This document shows positions 11,601 to 25,800 of a DNA stretch of 64,000 bases, in pieces. Position numbers and translations under genes: made by a program. Location: assembly GCF_964204645.1 (NCBI RefSeq), contig NC_134028.1:186001-250000 (forward strand), given 5' to 3'. Within the stretch, counting starts at the first letter, position 1; each line of letters starts with the position of its first letter. The notes beneath the pieces are model-generated. The model was not told the DNA's origin and made no database searches. It saw only the letters and a list, made by a program, of their open reading frames with translations. This DNA is from Tubulanus polymorphus. Taxonomy: Eukaryota; Animalia; Nemertea.

Positions 11601-14600
11601 TCTGTATCTTTCAGTCCATCTGCTCGAAATCAGTTCAGTTTACCTTAACCTATCATTTCAGATCGAGTCCATCATCTTCAGGAGCATAAATAGCCAGAAA
11701 ATTCTTAATCTTTCCACCTATCTATTTGAAATCAGTTCAATACGCCTTAACACATCTTTTCAGATTGAATCCATCATCTTCAGAACCAAAAGCAGCCAGA
11801 AAATTCTTAATCTTTCAACCTATCTATTTGAAATCAGTTCAGTACACCCTAACCCATCAATTAAGATAGAATTCATCATCTTTAGGACCCTATTTTGCAA
11901 GAAAAATCTGTATCTTTCAGTCCATCTACTCGAAATCAGTTCAGTTTACCTTAACCTATCATTTCAGATCGAGTCCATCATCTTCAGGAGCATAAATAGC
12001 CAGAAAATTCTTAATCTTTCCACCTATCTATTTGAAATCAGTTCAATACGCCTTAGCCCATCTTTTCAGATTGAGTCCATCATCTTCAGAACCAAAGGCA
12101 GCCAGAAAATTCTGATTCTTTCCACCTATCTATTTGAAATCAGTTCAGTTCACCCTAACCCATCAATTAAGATAGAATTCATCATCTTTAGGACCCTATT
12201 TTGCAAGAAAAATCTGTATCTTTCAGTCCATCTACTCGAAATCAGTTCAGTTTACCTTAACCTATCATTTCAGATCGAGTCCATCATCTTCAGGAGCATA
12301 AATAGCCAGAAAATTCTTAATCTTTCCACCTATCCATTTGAAATCAGTTCAGTACACCCTAACCCATCAATTAAGATAGAATTCATCATCTTTAGGACCC
12401 TATTTTGCAAGAAAAATCTGTATCTTTCAGTCCATCTACTCGAAATCAGTTCAGTTTACCTTAACCTATCATTTCAGATCGAGTCCATCATCTTCAGGAG
12501 CATAAATAGCCAGAAAATTCTTAATCTTTCCACCTATCTATTTGAAATCAGTTCAATACGCCTTAGCCCATCTTTTCAGATTGAGTCCATCATCTTCAGA
12601 ACCAAAGGCAGCCAGAAAATTCTTAATCTTTCCACCTATCTATTTGAAATCAGTTCAATACGCCTTAGCCCATCTTTTCAGATTGAGTCCATCATCTTCA
12701 GAACCAAAGGCAGCCAGAAAATTCTGATTCTTTCCACCTATCTATTTGAAATCAGTTCAGTTCACCCTAACTCATCAATTAAGATAGAAGTCATCATCTT
12801 TAGGACCCTATTTTGCAAGAAAAATCTGTATCTTTCAGTCCATCTACTCGAAATCAGTTCAGTTTACCTTAACCTATCATTTCAGATCGAGTCCATCATC
12901 TTCAGGAGCATAAATAACCAGAAAATTCTTAATCTTTCAACCTATCTGTTTGAAATCAGTTCAGTACACCCTAACCCATCAATTAAGATAGAATTCATCA
13001 TCTTTAGGACCCTATTTTGCAAGAAAAATCTGTATCTTTCAGTCCATCTACTCGAAATCAGTTCAGTTTACCTTAACCTATCATTTCAGATCGAGTCCAT
13101 CATCTTCAGGAGCATAAATAACCAGAAAATTCTTAATCTTTCCACCTATCTATTTGAAATCAGTTCAATACGCCTTAGCCCATCTTTTCAGATTCAGTCC
13201 ATCATCTTCAGAACCAAAGGCAGCCAGAAAATTCTTAATCTTTCCACCTATCTGTTTGAAATCAGTTCAGTTCACCCTAACCCATCAATTTAGATAGAAT
13301 TCATCATCTTTAGGACCCTATTTTGCAAGAAAAACCCGTATCTTTCAGTCCATCTGCTCGAAATCAGTTCAGTTTACCTTAACCTATCATTTCAGATCGA
13401 GTCCATCATCTTCAGGAGCATAAATAGCCAGAAAATTCTTAATCTTTCCACCTATCTATTTGAAATCAGTTCAATACGCCTTAACACATCTTTTCAGATT
13501 GAATCCATCATCTTCAGAACCAAAAGCAGCCAGAAAATTCTGATTCTTTCAACCTATCTATTTGAAATCAGTTCAGTACACCCTAACCCATCAATTAAGA
13601 TAGAACTCATCATCTTTAGGACCCTATTTTGCAAGAAAAATCTGTATCTTTCAGTCCATCTGCTCGAAATCAGTTCAGTTTACCTTAACCTATCATTTCA
13701 GATCGAGTCCATCATCTTCAGGAGCATAAATAGCCAGAAAATTCTTAATCTTTCCACCTATCTATTTGAAATCAGTTCAATACGCCTTAACACATCTTTT
13801 CAGATTGAATTCATCATCTTCAGAACCAAAAGCAGCCAGAAAATTCTTAATCTTTCAACCTATCTATTTGAAATCAGTTCAGTACACCCTAACCCATCAA
13901 TTAAGATAGAATTCATCATCTTTAGGACCCTATTTTGCAAGAAAAATCTGTATCTTTCAGTCCATCTACTCGAAATCAGTTCAGTTTACCTTAACCTATC
14001 ATTTCAGATCGAGTCCATCATCTTCAGGAGCATAAATAGCCAGAAAATTCTTAATCTTTCCACCTATCTATTTGAAATCAGTTCAATACGCCTTAGCCCA
14101 TCTTTTCAGATTGAGTCCATCATCTTCAGAACCAAAGGCAGCCAGAAAATTCTGATTCTTTCCACCTATCTATTTGAAATCAGTTCAGTTCACCCTAACC
14201 CATCAATTAAGATAGAATTCATCATCTTTAGGACCCTATTTTGCAAGCAAAATCTGTATCTTTCAGTCCATCTACTCGAAATCAGTTCAGTTTACCTTAA
14301 CCTATCATTTCAGATCGAGTCCATCATCTTCAGGAGCATAAATAGCCAGAAAATTCTTAATCTTTCCAACTATCCATTTGAAATCAGTTCAGCACACCCT
14401 AACCCATCAATTAAGATAGAATTCATCATCTTTAGGACCCTATTTTGCAAGAAAAATCTGTATCTTTCAGTCCATCTACTCGAAATCAGTTCAGTTTACC
14501 TTAACCTATCATTTCAGATCGAGTCCATCATCTTCAGGAGCATAAATAGCCAGAAAATTCTTAATCTTTCCACCTATCTATTTGAAATCAGTTCAATACG

Positions 14601-17600
14601 CCTTAGCCCATCTTTTCAGATTGAGTCCATCATCTTCAGAACCAAAGGCAGCCAGAAAATTCTGATTCTTTCCACCTATCTATTTGAAATCAGTTCAGTT
14701 CACCCTAACTCATCAATTAAGATAGAATTCATCATCTTTAGGACCCTATTTTGCAAGAAAAATCTGTATCTTTCAGTCCATCTACTCGAAATCAGTTCAG
14801 TCTACCTTAACCTATCATTTCAGATCGAGTCCATCATCTTCAGGAGCATAAATAGCCACGAAATTCTTAATCTTTCAACCTATCTGTTTGAAATCAGTTC
14901 AGTACACCCTAACCCATCAATTAAGATAGAATTCATCATCTTTAGGACCCTATTTTGCAAGAAAAATCTGTATCTTTCAGTCCATCTACTCGAAATCAGT
15001 TCAGTTTACCTTAACCTATCATTTCAGATCGAGTCCATCATCTTCAGGAGCATAAATAACCAGAAAATTCTTAATCTTTCCACCTATCTATTTGAAATCA
15101 GTTCAATACGCCTTAGCCCATCTTTTCAGATTCAGTCCATCATCTTCAGAACCAAAGGCAGCCAGAAAATTCTTAATCTTTCCACCTATCTGTTTGAAAT
15201 CAGTTCAGTTCACCCTAACCCATCAATTTAGATAGAATTCATCATCTTTAGGACCCTATTTTGCAAGAAAAACCTGTATCTTTCAGTCCATCTGCTCGAA
15301 ATTAGTTCAGTTTACCTTAACCTATCATTTCAGATCGAGTCCATCATCTTCAGGAGCATAAATAGCCAGAAAATTCTTAATCTTTCCACCTATCTATTTG
15401 AAATCAGTTCAATACGCCTTAGCCCATCTTTTCAGATTGAGTCCATCATCTTCAGAGCCAAAGGCAGCCAGAAAATTCTGATTCTTTCCACCTATCTATT
15501 TGAAATCAGTTCAGTTCACCCTAACCCATCAATTAAGATAGAATTCATCATCTTTAGGACCCTATTTTGCAAGAAAAATCTGTATCTTTCAGTCCATCTA
15601 CTCGAAATCAGTTCAGTTTACCTTAACCTATCATTTCAGATCGAGTCCATCATCTTCAGGAGCATAAATAGCCAGAAAATTCTTAATCTTTCCACCTATC
15701 CATTTGAAATCAGTTCAGTACACCCTAACCCATCAATTAAGATAGAATTCATCATCTTTAGGACCCTATTTTGCAAGAAAAATCTGTATCTTTCAGTCCA
15801 TCTACTCGAAATCAGTTCAGTTTACCTTAACCTATCATTTCAGATCGAGTCCATCATCTTCAGGAGCATAAATAGCCAGAAAATTCTTAATCTTTCCACC
15901 TATCTATTTGAAATCAGTTCAATACGCCTTAGCCCATCTTTTCAGATTGAGTCCATCATCTTCAGAACCAAAGGCAGCCAGAAAATTCTGATTCTTTCCA
16001 CCTATCTATTTGAAATCAGTTCAGTTCACCCTAACTCATCAATTAAGATAGAATTCATCATCTTTAGGACCCTATTTTGCAAGAAAAATCTGTATCTTTC
16101 AGTCCATCTACTCGAAATCAGTTCAGTTTACCTTAACCTATCATTTCAGATCGAGTCCATCATCTTCAGGAGCATAAATAGCCAGAAAATTCTTAATCTT
16201 TCCACCTATCTATTTGAAATCAGTTCAATACGCCTTAGCCCATCTTTTCAGATTGAGTCCATCATCTTCAGAACCAAAGGCAGCCAGAAAATTCTGATTC
16301 TTTCCACCTATCTATTTGAAATCAGTTCAGTTCACCCTAACTCATCAATTAAGATAGAATTCATCATCTTTAGGACCCTATTTTGCAAGAAAAATCTGTA
16401 TCTTTCAGTCCATCTACTCGAAATCAGTTCAGTTTACCTTAACCTATCATTTCAGATCGAGTCCATCATCTTCAGGAGCATAAATAACCAGAAAATTCTT
16501 AATCTTTCAACCTATCTGTTTGAAATCAGTTCAGTACACCCTAACCCATCAATTAAGATAGAATTCATCATCTTTAGGACCCTATTTTGCAAGAAAAATC
16601 TGTATCTTTCAGTCCATCTACTCGAAATCAGTTCAGTTTACCTTAACCTATCATTTCAGATCGAGTCCATCATCTTCAGGAGCATAAATAACCAGAAAAT
16701 TCTTAATCTTTCCACCTATCTATTTGAAATCAGTTCAATACGCCTTAGCCCATCTTTTCAGATTCAGTCCATCATCTTCAGAACCAAAGGCAGCCAGAAA
16801 ATTCTTAATCTTTCCACCTATCTGTTTGAAATCAGTTCAGTTCACCCTAACCCATCAATTTAGATAGAATTCATCATCTTTAGGACCCTATTTTGCAAGA
16901 AAAACCTGTATCTTTCAGTCCATCTGCTCGAAATCAGTTCAGTTTACCTTAACCTATCATTTCAGATCGAGTCCATCATCTTCAGGAGCATAAATAGCCA
17001 GAAAATTCTTAATCTTTCCACCTATCTATTTGAAATCAGTTCAATACGCCTTAACACATCTTTTCAGATTGAATCCATCATCTTCAGAACCAAAAGCAGC
17101 CAGAAAATTCTGATTCTTTCAACCTATCTATTTGAAATCAGTTCAGTACACCCTAACCCATCAATTAAGATAGAACTCATCATCTTTAGGACCCTATTTT
17201 GCAAGAAAAATCTGTATCTTTCAGTCCATCTGCTCGAAATCAGTTCAGTTTACCTTAACCTATCATTTCAGATCGAGTCCATCATCTTCAGGAGCATAAA
17301 TAGCCAGAAAATTCTTAATCTTTCCACCTATCTATTTGAAATCAGTTCAATACGCCTTAACACATCTTTTCAGATTGAATCCATCATCTTCAGAACCAAA
17401 AGCAGCCAGAAAATTCTTAATCTTTCAACCTATCTATTTGAAATCAGTTCAGTACACCCTAACCCATCAATTAAGATAGAATTCATCATCTTTAGGACCC
17501 TATTTTGCAAGAAAAATCTGTATCTTTCAGTCCATCTACTCGAAATCAGTTCAGTTTACCTTAACCTATCATTTCAGATCGAGTCCATCATCTTCAGGAG

Positions 17601-19890
17601 CATAAATAGCCAGAAAATTCTTAATCTTTCCACCTATCTATTTGAAATCAGTTCAATACGCCTTAGCCCATCTTTTCAGATTGAGTCCATCATCTTCAGA
17701 ACCAAAGGCAGCCAGAAAATTCTGATTCTTTCCACCTATCTATTTGAAATCAGTTCAGTTCACCCTAACCCATCAATTAAGATAGAATTCATCATCTTTA
17801 GGACCCTATTTTGCAAGAAAAATCTGTATCTTTCAGTCCATCTACTCGAAATCAGTTCAGTTTACCTTAACCTATCATTTCAGATCGAGTCCATCATCTT
17901 CAGGAGCATAAATAGCCAGAAAATTCTTAATCTTTCCACCTATCCATTTGAAATCAGTTCAGTACACCCTAACCCATCAATTAAGATAGAATTCATCATC
18001 TTTAGGACCCTATTTTGCAAGAAAAATCTGTATCTTTCAGTCCATCTACTCGAAATCAGTTCAGTTTACCTTAACCTATCATTTCAGATCGAGTCCATCA
18101 TCTTCAGGAGCATAAATAGCCAGAAAATTCTTAATCTTTCCACCTATCTATTTGAAATCAGTTCAATACGCCTTAGCCCATCTTTTCAGATTGAGTCCAT
18201 CATCTTCAGAACCAAAGGCAGCCAGAAAATTCTGATTCTTTCCACCTATCTATTTGAAATCAGTTCAGTTCACCCTAACTCATCAATTAAGATAGAATTC
18301 ATCATCTTCAGGACCCTATTTTGCAAGAAAAATCTGTATCTTTCAGTCCATCTACTCGAAATTAGTTCAGTTTACCTTAACCTATCATTTCAGATCGAGT
18401 CCATCATCTTCAGGAGCATAAATAGCCACGAAATTCTTAATCTTTCCACCTATCTATTTGAAATCAGTTCAATACGCCTTAACACATCTTTTCAGATTGA
18501 ATCCATCATCTTCAGAACCAAAAGCAGCCAGAAAATTCTGATTCTTTCAACCTATCTATTTGAAATCAGTTCAGTACACCCTAACCCATCAATTAAGATA
18601 GAACTCATCATCTTTAGGACCCTATTTTGCAAGAAAAATCTGTATCTTTCAGTCCATCTACTCGAAATCAGTTCAGTTTACCTTAACCTATCATTTCAGA
18701 TCGAGTCCATCATCTTCAGGAGCATAAATAGCCAGAAAATTCTTAATCTTTCCACCTATCCATTTGAAATCAGTTCAGTACACCCTAACCCATCAATTAA
18801 GATAGAATTCATCATCTTTAGGACCCTATTTTGCAAGAAAAATCTGTATCTTTCAGTCCATCTACTCGAAATCAGTTCAGTTTACCTTAACCTATCATTT
18901 CAGATCGAGTCCATCATCTTCAGGAGCATAAATAGCCAGAAAATTCTTAATCTTTCCACCTATCTATTTGAAATCAGTTCAATACGCCTTAGCCCATCTT
19001 TTCAGATTGAGTCCATCATCTTCAGAACCAAAGGCAGCCAGAAAATTCTGATTCTTTCCACCTATCTATTTGAAATCAGTTCAGTTCACCCTAACTCATC
19101 AATTAAGATAGAATTCATCATCTTTAGGACCCTATTTTGCAAGAAAAATCTGTATCTTTCAGTCCATCTACTCGAAATCAGTTCAGTTTACCTTAACCTA
19201 TCATTTCAGATCGAGTCCATCATCTTCAGGAGCATAAATAGCCAGAAAATTCTTAATCTTTCCACCTATCTATTTGAAATCAGTTCAATACGCCTTAGCC
19301 CATCTTTTCAGATTGAGTCCATCATCTTCAGAACCAAAGGCAGCCAGAAAATTCTGATTCTTTCCACCTATCTATTTGAAATCAGTTCAGTTCACCCTAA
19401 CTCATCAATTAAGATAGAATTCATCATCTTTAGGACCCTATTTTGCAAGAAAAATCTGTATCTTTCAGTCCATCTACTCGAAATCAGTTCAGTTTACCTT
19501 AACCTATCATTTCAGATCGAGTCCATCATCTTCAGGAGCATAAATAACCAGAAAATTCTTAATCTTTCAACCTATCTGTTTGAAATCAGTTCAGTACACC
19601 CTAACCCATCAATTAAGATAGAATTCATCATCTTTAGGACCCTATTTTGCAAGAAAAATCTGTATCTTTCAGTCCATCTACTCGAAATCAGTTCAGTTTA
19701 CCTTAACCTATCATTTCAGATCGAGTCCATCATCTTCAGGAGCATAAATAACCAGAAAATTCTTAATCTTTCCACCTATCTATTTGAAATCAGTTCAATA
19801 CGCCTTAGCCCATCTTTTCAGATTCAGTCCATCATCTTCAGAACCAAAGGCAGCCAGATAATTCTTAATCTTTCCACCTATCTGTTTGAA

Positions 19891-22800
19891 ATCAGTTCAG
19901 TTCACCCTAACCCATCAATTTAGATAGAATTCATCATCTTTAGGACCCTATTTTGCAAGAAAACCCTGTATCTTTCAGTCCATCTGCTCGAAATCAGTTC
20001 AGTTTACCTTAACCTATCATTTCAGATCGAGTCCATCATCTTCAGGAGCATAAATAGCCACGAAATTCTTAATCTTTCCACCTATCTATTTGAAATCAGT
20101 TCAATACGCCTTAACACATCTTTTCAGATTGAATCCATCATCTTCAGAACCAAAAGCAGCCAGAAAATTCTGATTCTTTCAACCTGTCTATTTGAAATCA
20201 GTTCAGTACACCCTAACCCATCATTTAAGATAGAACTCATCATCTTTAGGACCCTATTTTGCAAGAAAAATCTGTATCTTTCAGTCCATCTGCTCGAAAT
20301 CAGTTCAGTTTACCTTAACCTATCATTTCAGATCGAGTCAATCATCTTCAGGAGCATAAATAGCCAGAAAATTCTTAATCTTTCCACCTATCTATTTGAA
20401 ATCAGTTCAGTACACCCTAACACATAAATTAAGATAGAATTCATCATCTTTAGGACCCTATTTTGCAAGAAAAATCTGTATCTTTCAGTCCATCTACTCG
20501 AAATCAGTTCAGTTTACCTTAACCTATCATTTCAGATCGAGTCCATCATCTTCAGGAGCATAAATAGCCAGAAAATTCTTAATCTTTCCACCTATCTATT
20601 TGAAATCAGTTCAATACGCCTTAGCCCATCTTTTCAGATTGAGTCCATCATCTTCAGAACCAAAGGCAGCCAGAAAATTCTGGTTCTTTCCACCTATCTA
20701 TTTGAAATCAGTTCAGTTCACCCTAACTCATCAATTAAGATAGAATTCATCATCTTTAGGACCCTATTTTGCAAGAAAAATCTGTATCTTTCAGTCCATC
20801 TACTCGAAATCAGTTCAGTTTACCTTAACCTATCATTTCAGATCGAGTCCATCATCTTCAGGAGCATAAATAGCCAGAAAATTCTTAATCTTTCCACCTA
20901 TCTATTTGAAATCAGTTCAATACGCCTTAGCCCATCTTTTCAGATTGAGTCCATCATCTTCAGAACCAAAGGCAGCCAGAAAATTCTGATTCTTTCCACC
21001 TATCTATTTGAAATCAGTTCAGTTCACCCTAACTCATCAATTAAGATAGAATTCATCATCTTTAGGACCCTATTTTGCAAGAAAAATCTGTATCTTTCAG
21101 TCCATCTACTCGAAATCAGTTCAGTTTACCTTAACCTATCATTTCAGATCGAGTCCATCATCTTCAGGAGCATAAATAACCAGAAAATTCTTAATCTTTC
21201 AACCTATCTGTTTGAAATCAGTTCAGTACACCCTAACCCATCAATTAAGATAGAATTCATCATCTTTAGGACCCTATTTTGCAAGAAAAATCTGTATCTT
21301 TCAGTCCATCTACTCGAAATCAGTTCAGTTTACCTTAACCTATCATTTCAGATCGAGTCCATCATCTTCAGGAGCATAAATAACCAGAAAATTCTTAATC
21401 TTTCCACCTATCTATTTGAAATCAGTTCAATACGCCTTAGCCCATCTTTTCAGATTCAGTCCATCATCTTCAGAACCAAAGGCAGCCAGAAAATTCTTAA
21501 TCTTTCCACCTATCTGTTTGAAATCAGTTCAGTTCACCCTAACCCATCAATTTAGATAGAATTCATCATCTTTAGGACCCTATTTTGCAAGAAAAACCTG
21601 TATCTTTCAGTCCATCTGCTCGAAATCAGTTCAGTTTACCTTAACCTATCATTTCAGATCGAGTCCATCATCTTCAGGAGCATAAATAGCCAGAAAATTC
21701 TTAATCTTTCCACCTATCTATTTGAAATCAGTTCAATACGCCTTAACACATCTTTTCAGATTGAATCCATCATCTTCAGAACCAAAAGCAGCCAGAAAAT
21801 TCTGATTCTTTCAACCTATCTATTTGAAATCAGTTCAGTACACCCTAACCCATCAATTAAGATAGAACTCATCATCTTTAGGACCCTATTTTGCAAGAAA
21901 AATCTGTATCTTTCAGTCCATCTGCTCGAAATCAGTTCAGTTTACCTTAACCTATCATTTCAGATCGAGTCCATCATCTTCAGGAGCATAAATAGCCAGA
22001 AAATTCTTAATCTTTCCACCTATCTATTTGAAATCAGTTCAATACGCCTTAACACATCTTTTCAGATTGAATCCATCATCTTCAGAACCAAAAGCAGCCA
22101 GAAAATTCTTAATCTTTCAACCTATCTATTTGAAATCAGTTCAGTACACCCTAACCCATCAATTAAGATAGAATTCATCATCTTTAGGACCCTATTTTGC
22201 AAGAAAAATCTGTATCTTTCAGTCCATCTACTCGAAATCAGTTCAGTTTACCTTAACCTATCATTTCAGATCGAGTCCATCATCTTCAGGAGCATAAATA
22301 GCCAGAAAATTCTTAATCTTTCCACCTATCTATTTGAAATCAGTTCAATACGCCTTAGCCCATCTTTTCAGATTGAGTCCATCATCTTCAGAACCAAAGG
22401 CAGCCAGAAAATTCTGATTCTTTCCACCTATCTATTTGAAATCAGTTCAGTTCACCCTAACCCATCAATTAAGATAGAATTCATCATCTTTAGGACCCTA
22501 TTTTGCAAGAAAAATCTGTATCTTTCAGTCCATCTACTCGAAATCAGTTCAGTTTACCTTAACCTATCATTTCAGATCGAGTCCATCATCTTCAGGAGCA
22601 TAAATAGCCAGATAATTATGAATCTTTCCACCTATCTATTTGAAATCAGTTCAATACGCCTTAGCCCATCTTTTCAGATTCAGTCCATCATCTTCAGAAC
22701 CAAAGGCAGCCAGAAAATTCTGATTCTTTCCACCTATCTATTTGAAATCAGTTCAGTTCACCCTAACCCATCAATTAAGATAGAATTCATCATCTTTAGG

Positions 22801-25800
22801 ACCCTATTTTGCAAGAAAAATCTGTATCTTTCAGTCCATCTACTCGAAATCAGTTCAGTTTACCTTAACCTATCATTTCAGATCGAGTCCATCATCTTCA
22901 AGAGCATAAATAGCCAGGAAATTCTTAATCTTTCCACCTATCTATTTGAAATCAGTTCAATACGCCTTAACCCATCTTTTCAGATTGAGTCCATCATCTT
23001 CAGAACCAAAGGCAGCAAGAAAATTCTGATTCTTTCAACCTATCTATTTGAAATCAGTTCAGTACACCCTAACCGATCATTTAAGATAGAACTCATCATC
23101 TTTAGGACCCTATTTTGCAAGAAAAATCTGTATCTTTCAGTCCATCTGCTCGAAATCAGTTCAGTTTACCTTAACCTATCATTTCAGATCGAGTCCATCA
23201 TCTTCAGGAGCATAAATAGCCAGAAAATTCTTAATCTTTCCACCTATCTATTTGAAATCAGTTCAATACGCCTTAACACATCTTTTCAGATTGAATCCAT
23301 CATCTTCAGAACCAAAAGCAGCCAGAAAATTCTTAATCTTTCAACCTATCTATTTGAAATCAGTTCAGTACACCCTAACCCATCAATTAAGATAGAATTC
23401 ATCATCTTTAGGACCCTATTTTGCAAGAAAAATCTGTATCTTTCAGTCCATCTACTTGAAATCAGTTCAGTTTACCTTAACCTATCATTTCAGATCGAGT
23501 CCATCATCTTCAGGAGCATAAATAGCCAGAAAATTCTTAATCTTTCCACCTATCTATTTGAAATCAGTTCAATACGCCTTAGCCCATCTTTTCAGATTGA
23601 GTCCATCATCTTCAGAACCAAAGGCAGCCAGAAAATTCTGATTCTTTCAACCTATCTATTTGAAATCAGTTCAGTTCACCCTAACCCATCAATTAAGATA
23701 GAATTCATCATCTTTAGGACCCTATTTTGCAAGAAAAATCTGTATCTTTCAGTCCATCTACTCGAAATCAGTTCAGTTTACCTTAACCTATCATTTCAGA
23801 TCGAGTCCATCATCTTCAGGAGCATAAATAGCCAGAAAATTCTTAATCTTTCCACCTATCTATTTGAAATCAGTTCAATACGCCTTAACACATCTTTTCA
23901 GATTGAATCCATCATCTTCAGAACCAAAAGCAGCCAGAAAATTCTTAATCTTTCAACCTATCTATTTGAAATCAGTTCAGTACACCCTAACCCATCAATT
24001 AAGATAGAATTCATCATCTTTAGGACCCTATTTTGCAAGAAAAATCTGTATCTTTCAGTCCGTCTACTCGAAATCAGTTCAGTTTACCTTAACCTATCAT
24101 TTCAGATCGAGTCCATCATCTTCAGGAGCATAAATAGCCAGAAAATTCTTAATCTTTCCACCTATCTATTTGAAATCAGTTCAATACGCCTTAGCCCATC
24201 TTTTCAGATTGAGTCCATCATCTTCAGAACCAAAGGCAGCCAGAAAATTCTGATTCTTTCCACCTATCTATTTGAAATCAGTTCAGTTCACCCTAACCCA
24301 TCAATTAAGATAGAATTCATCATCTTTAGGACCCTATTTTGCAAGAAAAATCTGTATCTTTCAGTCCATCTACTCGAAATCAGTTCAGTTTACCTTAACC
24401 TATCATTTCAGATCGAGTCCATCATCTTCAGGAGCATAAATAGCCAGAAAATTCTTAATCTTTCCACCTATCCATTTGAAATCAGTTCAGTACACCCTAA
24501 CCCATCAATTAAGATAGAATTCATCATCTTTAGGACCCTATTTTGCAAGAAAAATCTGTATCTTTCAATCCATCTACTCGAAATCAGTTCAGTTTACCTT
24601 AACCTATCATTTCAGATCGAGTCCATCATCTTCAGGAGCATAAATAACCAGAAAATTCTTAATCTTTCCACCTATCTATTTGAAATCAGTTCAATACGCC
24701 TTAGCCCATCTTTTCAGATTCAGTCCATCATCTTCAGAACCAAAGGCAGCCAGATAATTCTTAATCTTTCCACCTATCTGTTTGAAATCAGTTCAGTTCA
24801 CCCTAACCCATCAATTTAGATAGAATTCATCATCTTTAGGACCCTATTTTGCAAGAAAACCCTGTATCTTTCAGTCCATCTGCTCGAAATCAGTTCAGTT
24901 TACCTTAACCTATCATTTCAGATCGAGTCCATCATCTTCAGGAGCATAAATAGCCACGAAATTCTTAATCTTTCCACCTATCTATTTGAAATCAGTTCAA
25001 TACGCCTTAACACATCTTTTCAGATTGAATCCATCATCTTCAGAACCAAAAGCAGCCAGAAAATTCTGATTCTTTCAACCTGTCTATTTGAAATCAGTTC
25101 AGTACACCCTAACCCATCATTTAAGATAGAACTCATCATCTTTAGGACCCTATTTTGCAAGAAAAATCTGTATCTTTCAGTCCATCTGCTCGAAATCAGT
25201 TCAGTTTACCTTAACCTATCATTTCAGATCGAGTCAATCATCTTCAGGAGCATAAATAGCCAGAAAATTCTTAATCTTTCCACCTATCTATTTGAAATCA
25301 GTTCAGTACACCCTAACACATAAATTAAGATAGAATTCATCATCTTTAGGACCCTATTTTGCAAGAAAAATCTGTATCTTTCAGTCCATCTACTCGAAAT
25401 CAGTTCAGTTTACCTTAACCTATCATTTCAGATCGAGTCCATCATCTTCAGGAGCATAAATAGCCAGAAAATTCTTAATCTTTCCACCTATCTATTTGAA
25501 ATCAGTTCAATACGCCTTAGCCCATCTTTTCAGATTGAGTCCATCATCTTCAGAACCAAAGGCAGCCAGAAAATTCTGGTTCTTTCCACCTATCTATTTG
25601 AAATCAGTTCAGTTCACCCTAACTCATCAATTAAGATAGAATTCATCATCTTTAGGACCCTATTTTGCAAGAAAAATCTGTATCTTTCAGTCCATCTACT
25701 CGAAATCAGTTCAGTTTACCTTAACCTATCATTTCAGATCGAGTCCATCATCTTCAGGAGCATAAATAGCCAGAAAATTCTTAATCTTTCCACCTATCTA

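Larger units (their letters stand above)
1..19890. repeat. Left domain: irregular mosaic of trimers and dimers with many private SNPs
   Basis: The marker A* (AATTTAGATAG) lies at 2887, 4621, 6253, 7477, 8497, 11251, 13291, 15229, 16861 and 19921. Spacings are 17, 16, 12, 10, 27, 20, 19, 16 and 30 monomers. Apparent singleton SNPs include 372, 449, 1317, 1677, 1698, 1851, 2342, 2428, 2924, 3231, 3242, 8272, 9425, 10201, 13811 and 14248. Confidence 0.85.

Noticed and set aside
12542-12727. 61-aa ORF in another frame
   Set aside because: It starts at TTG and exists only because of the local C-C monomer duplication.
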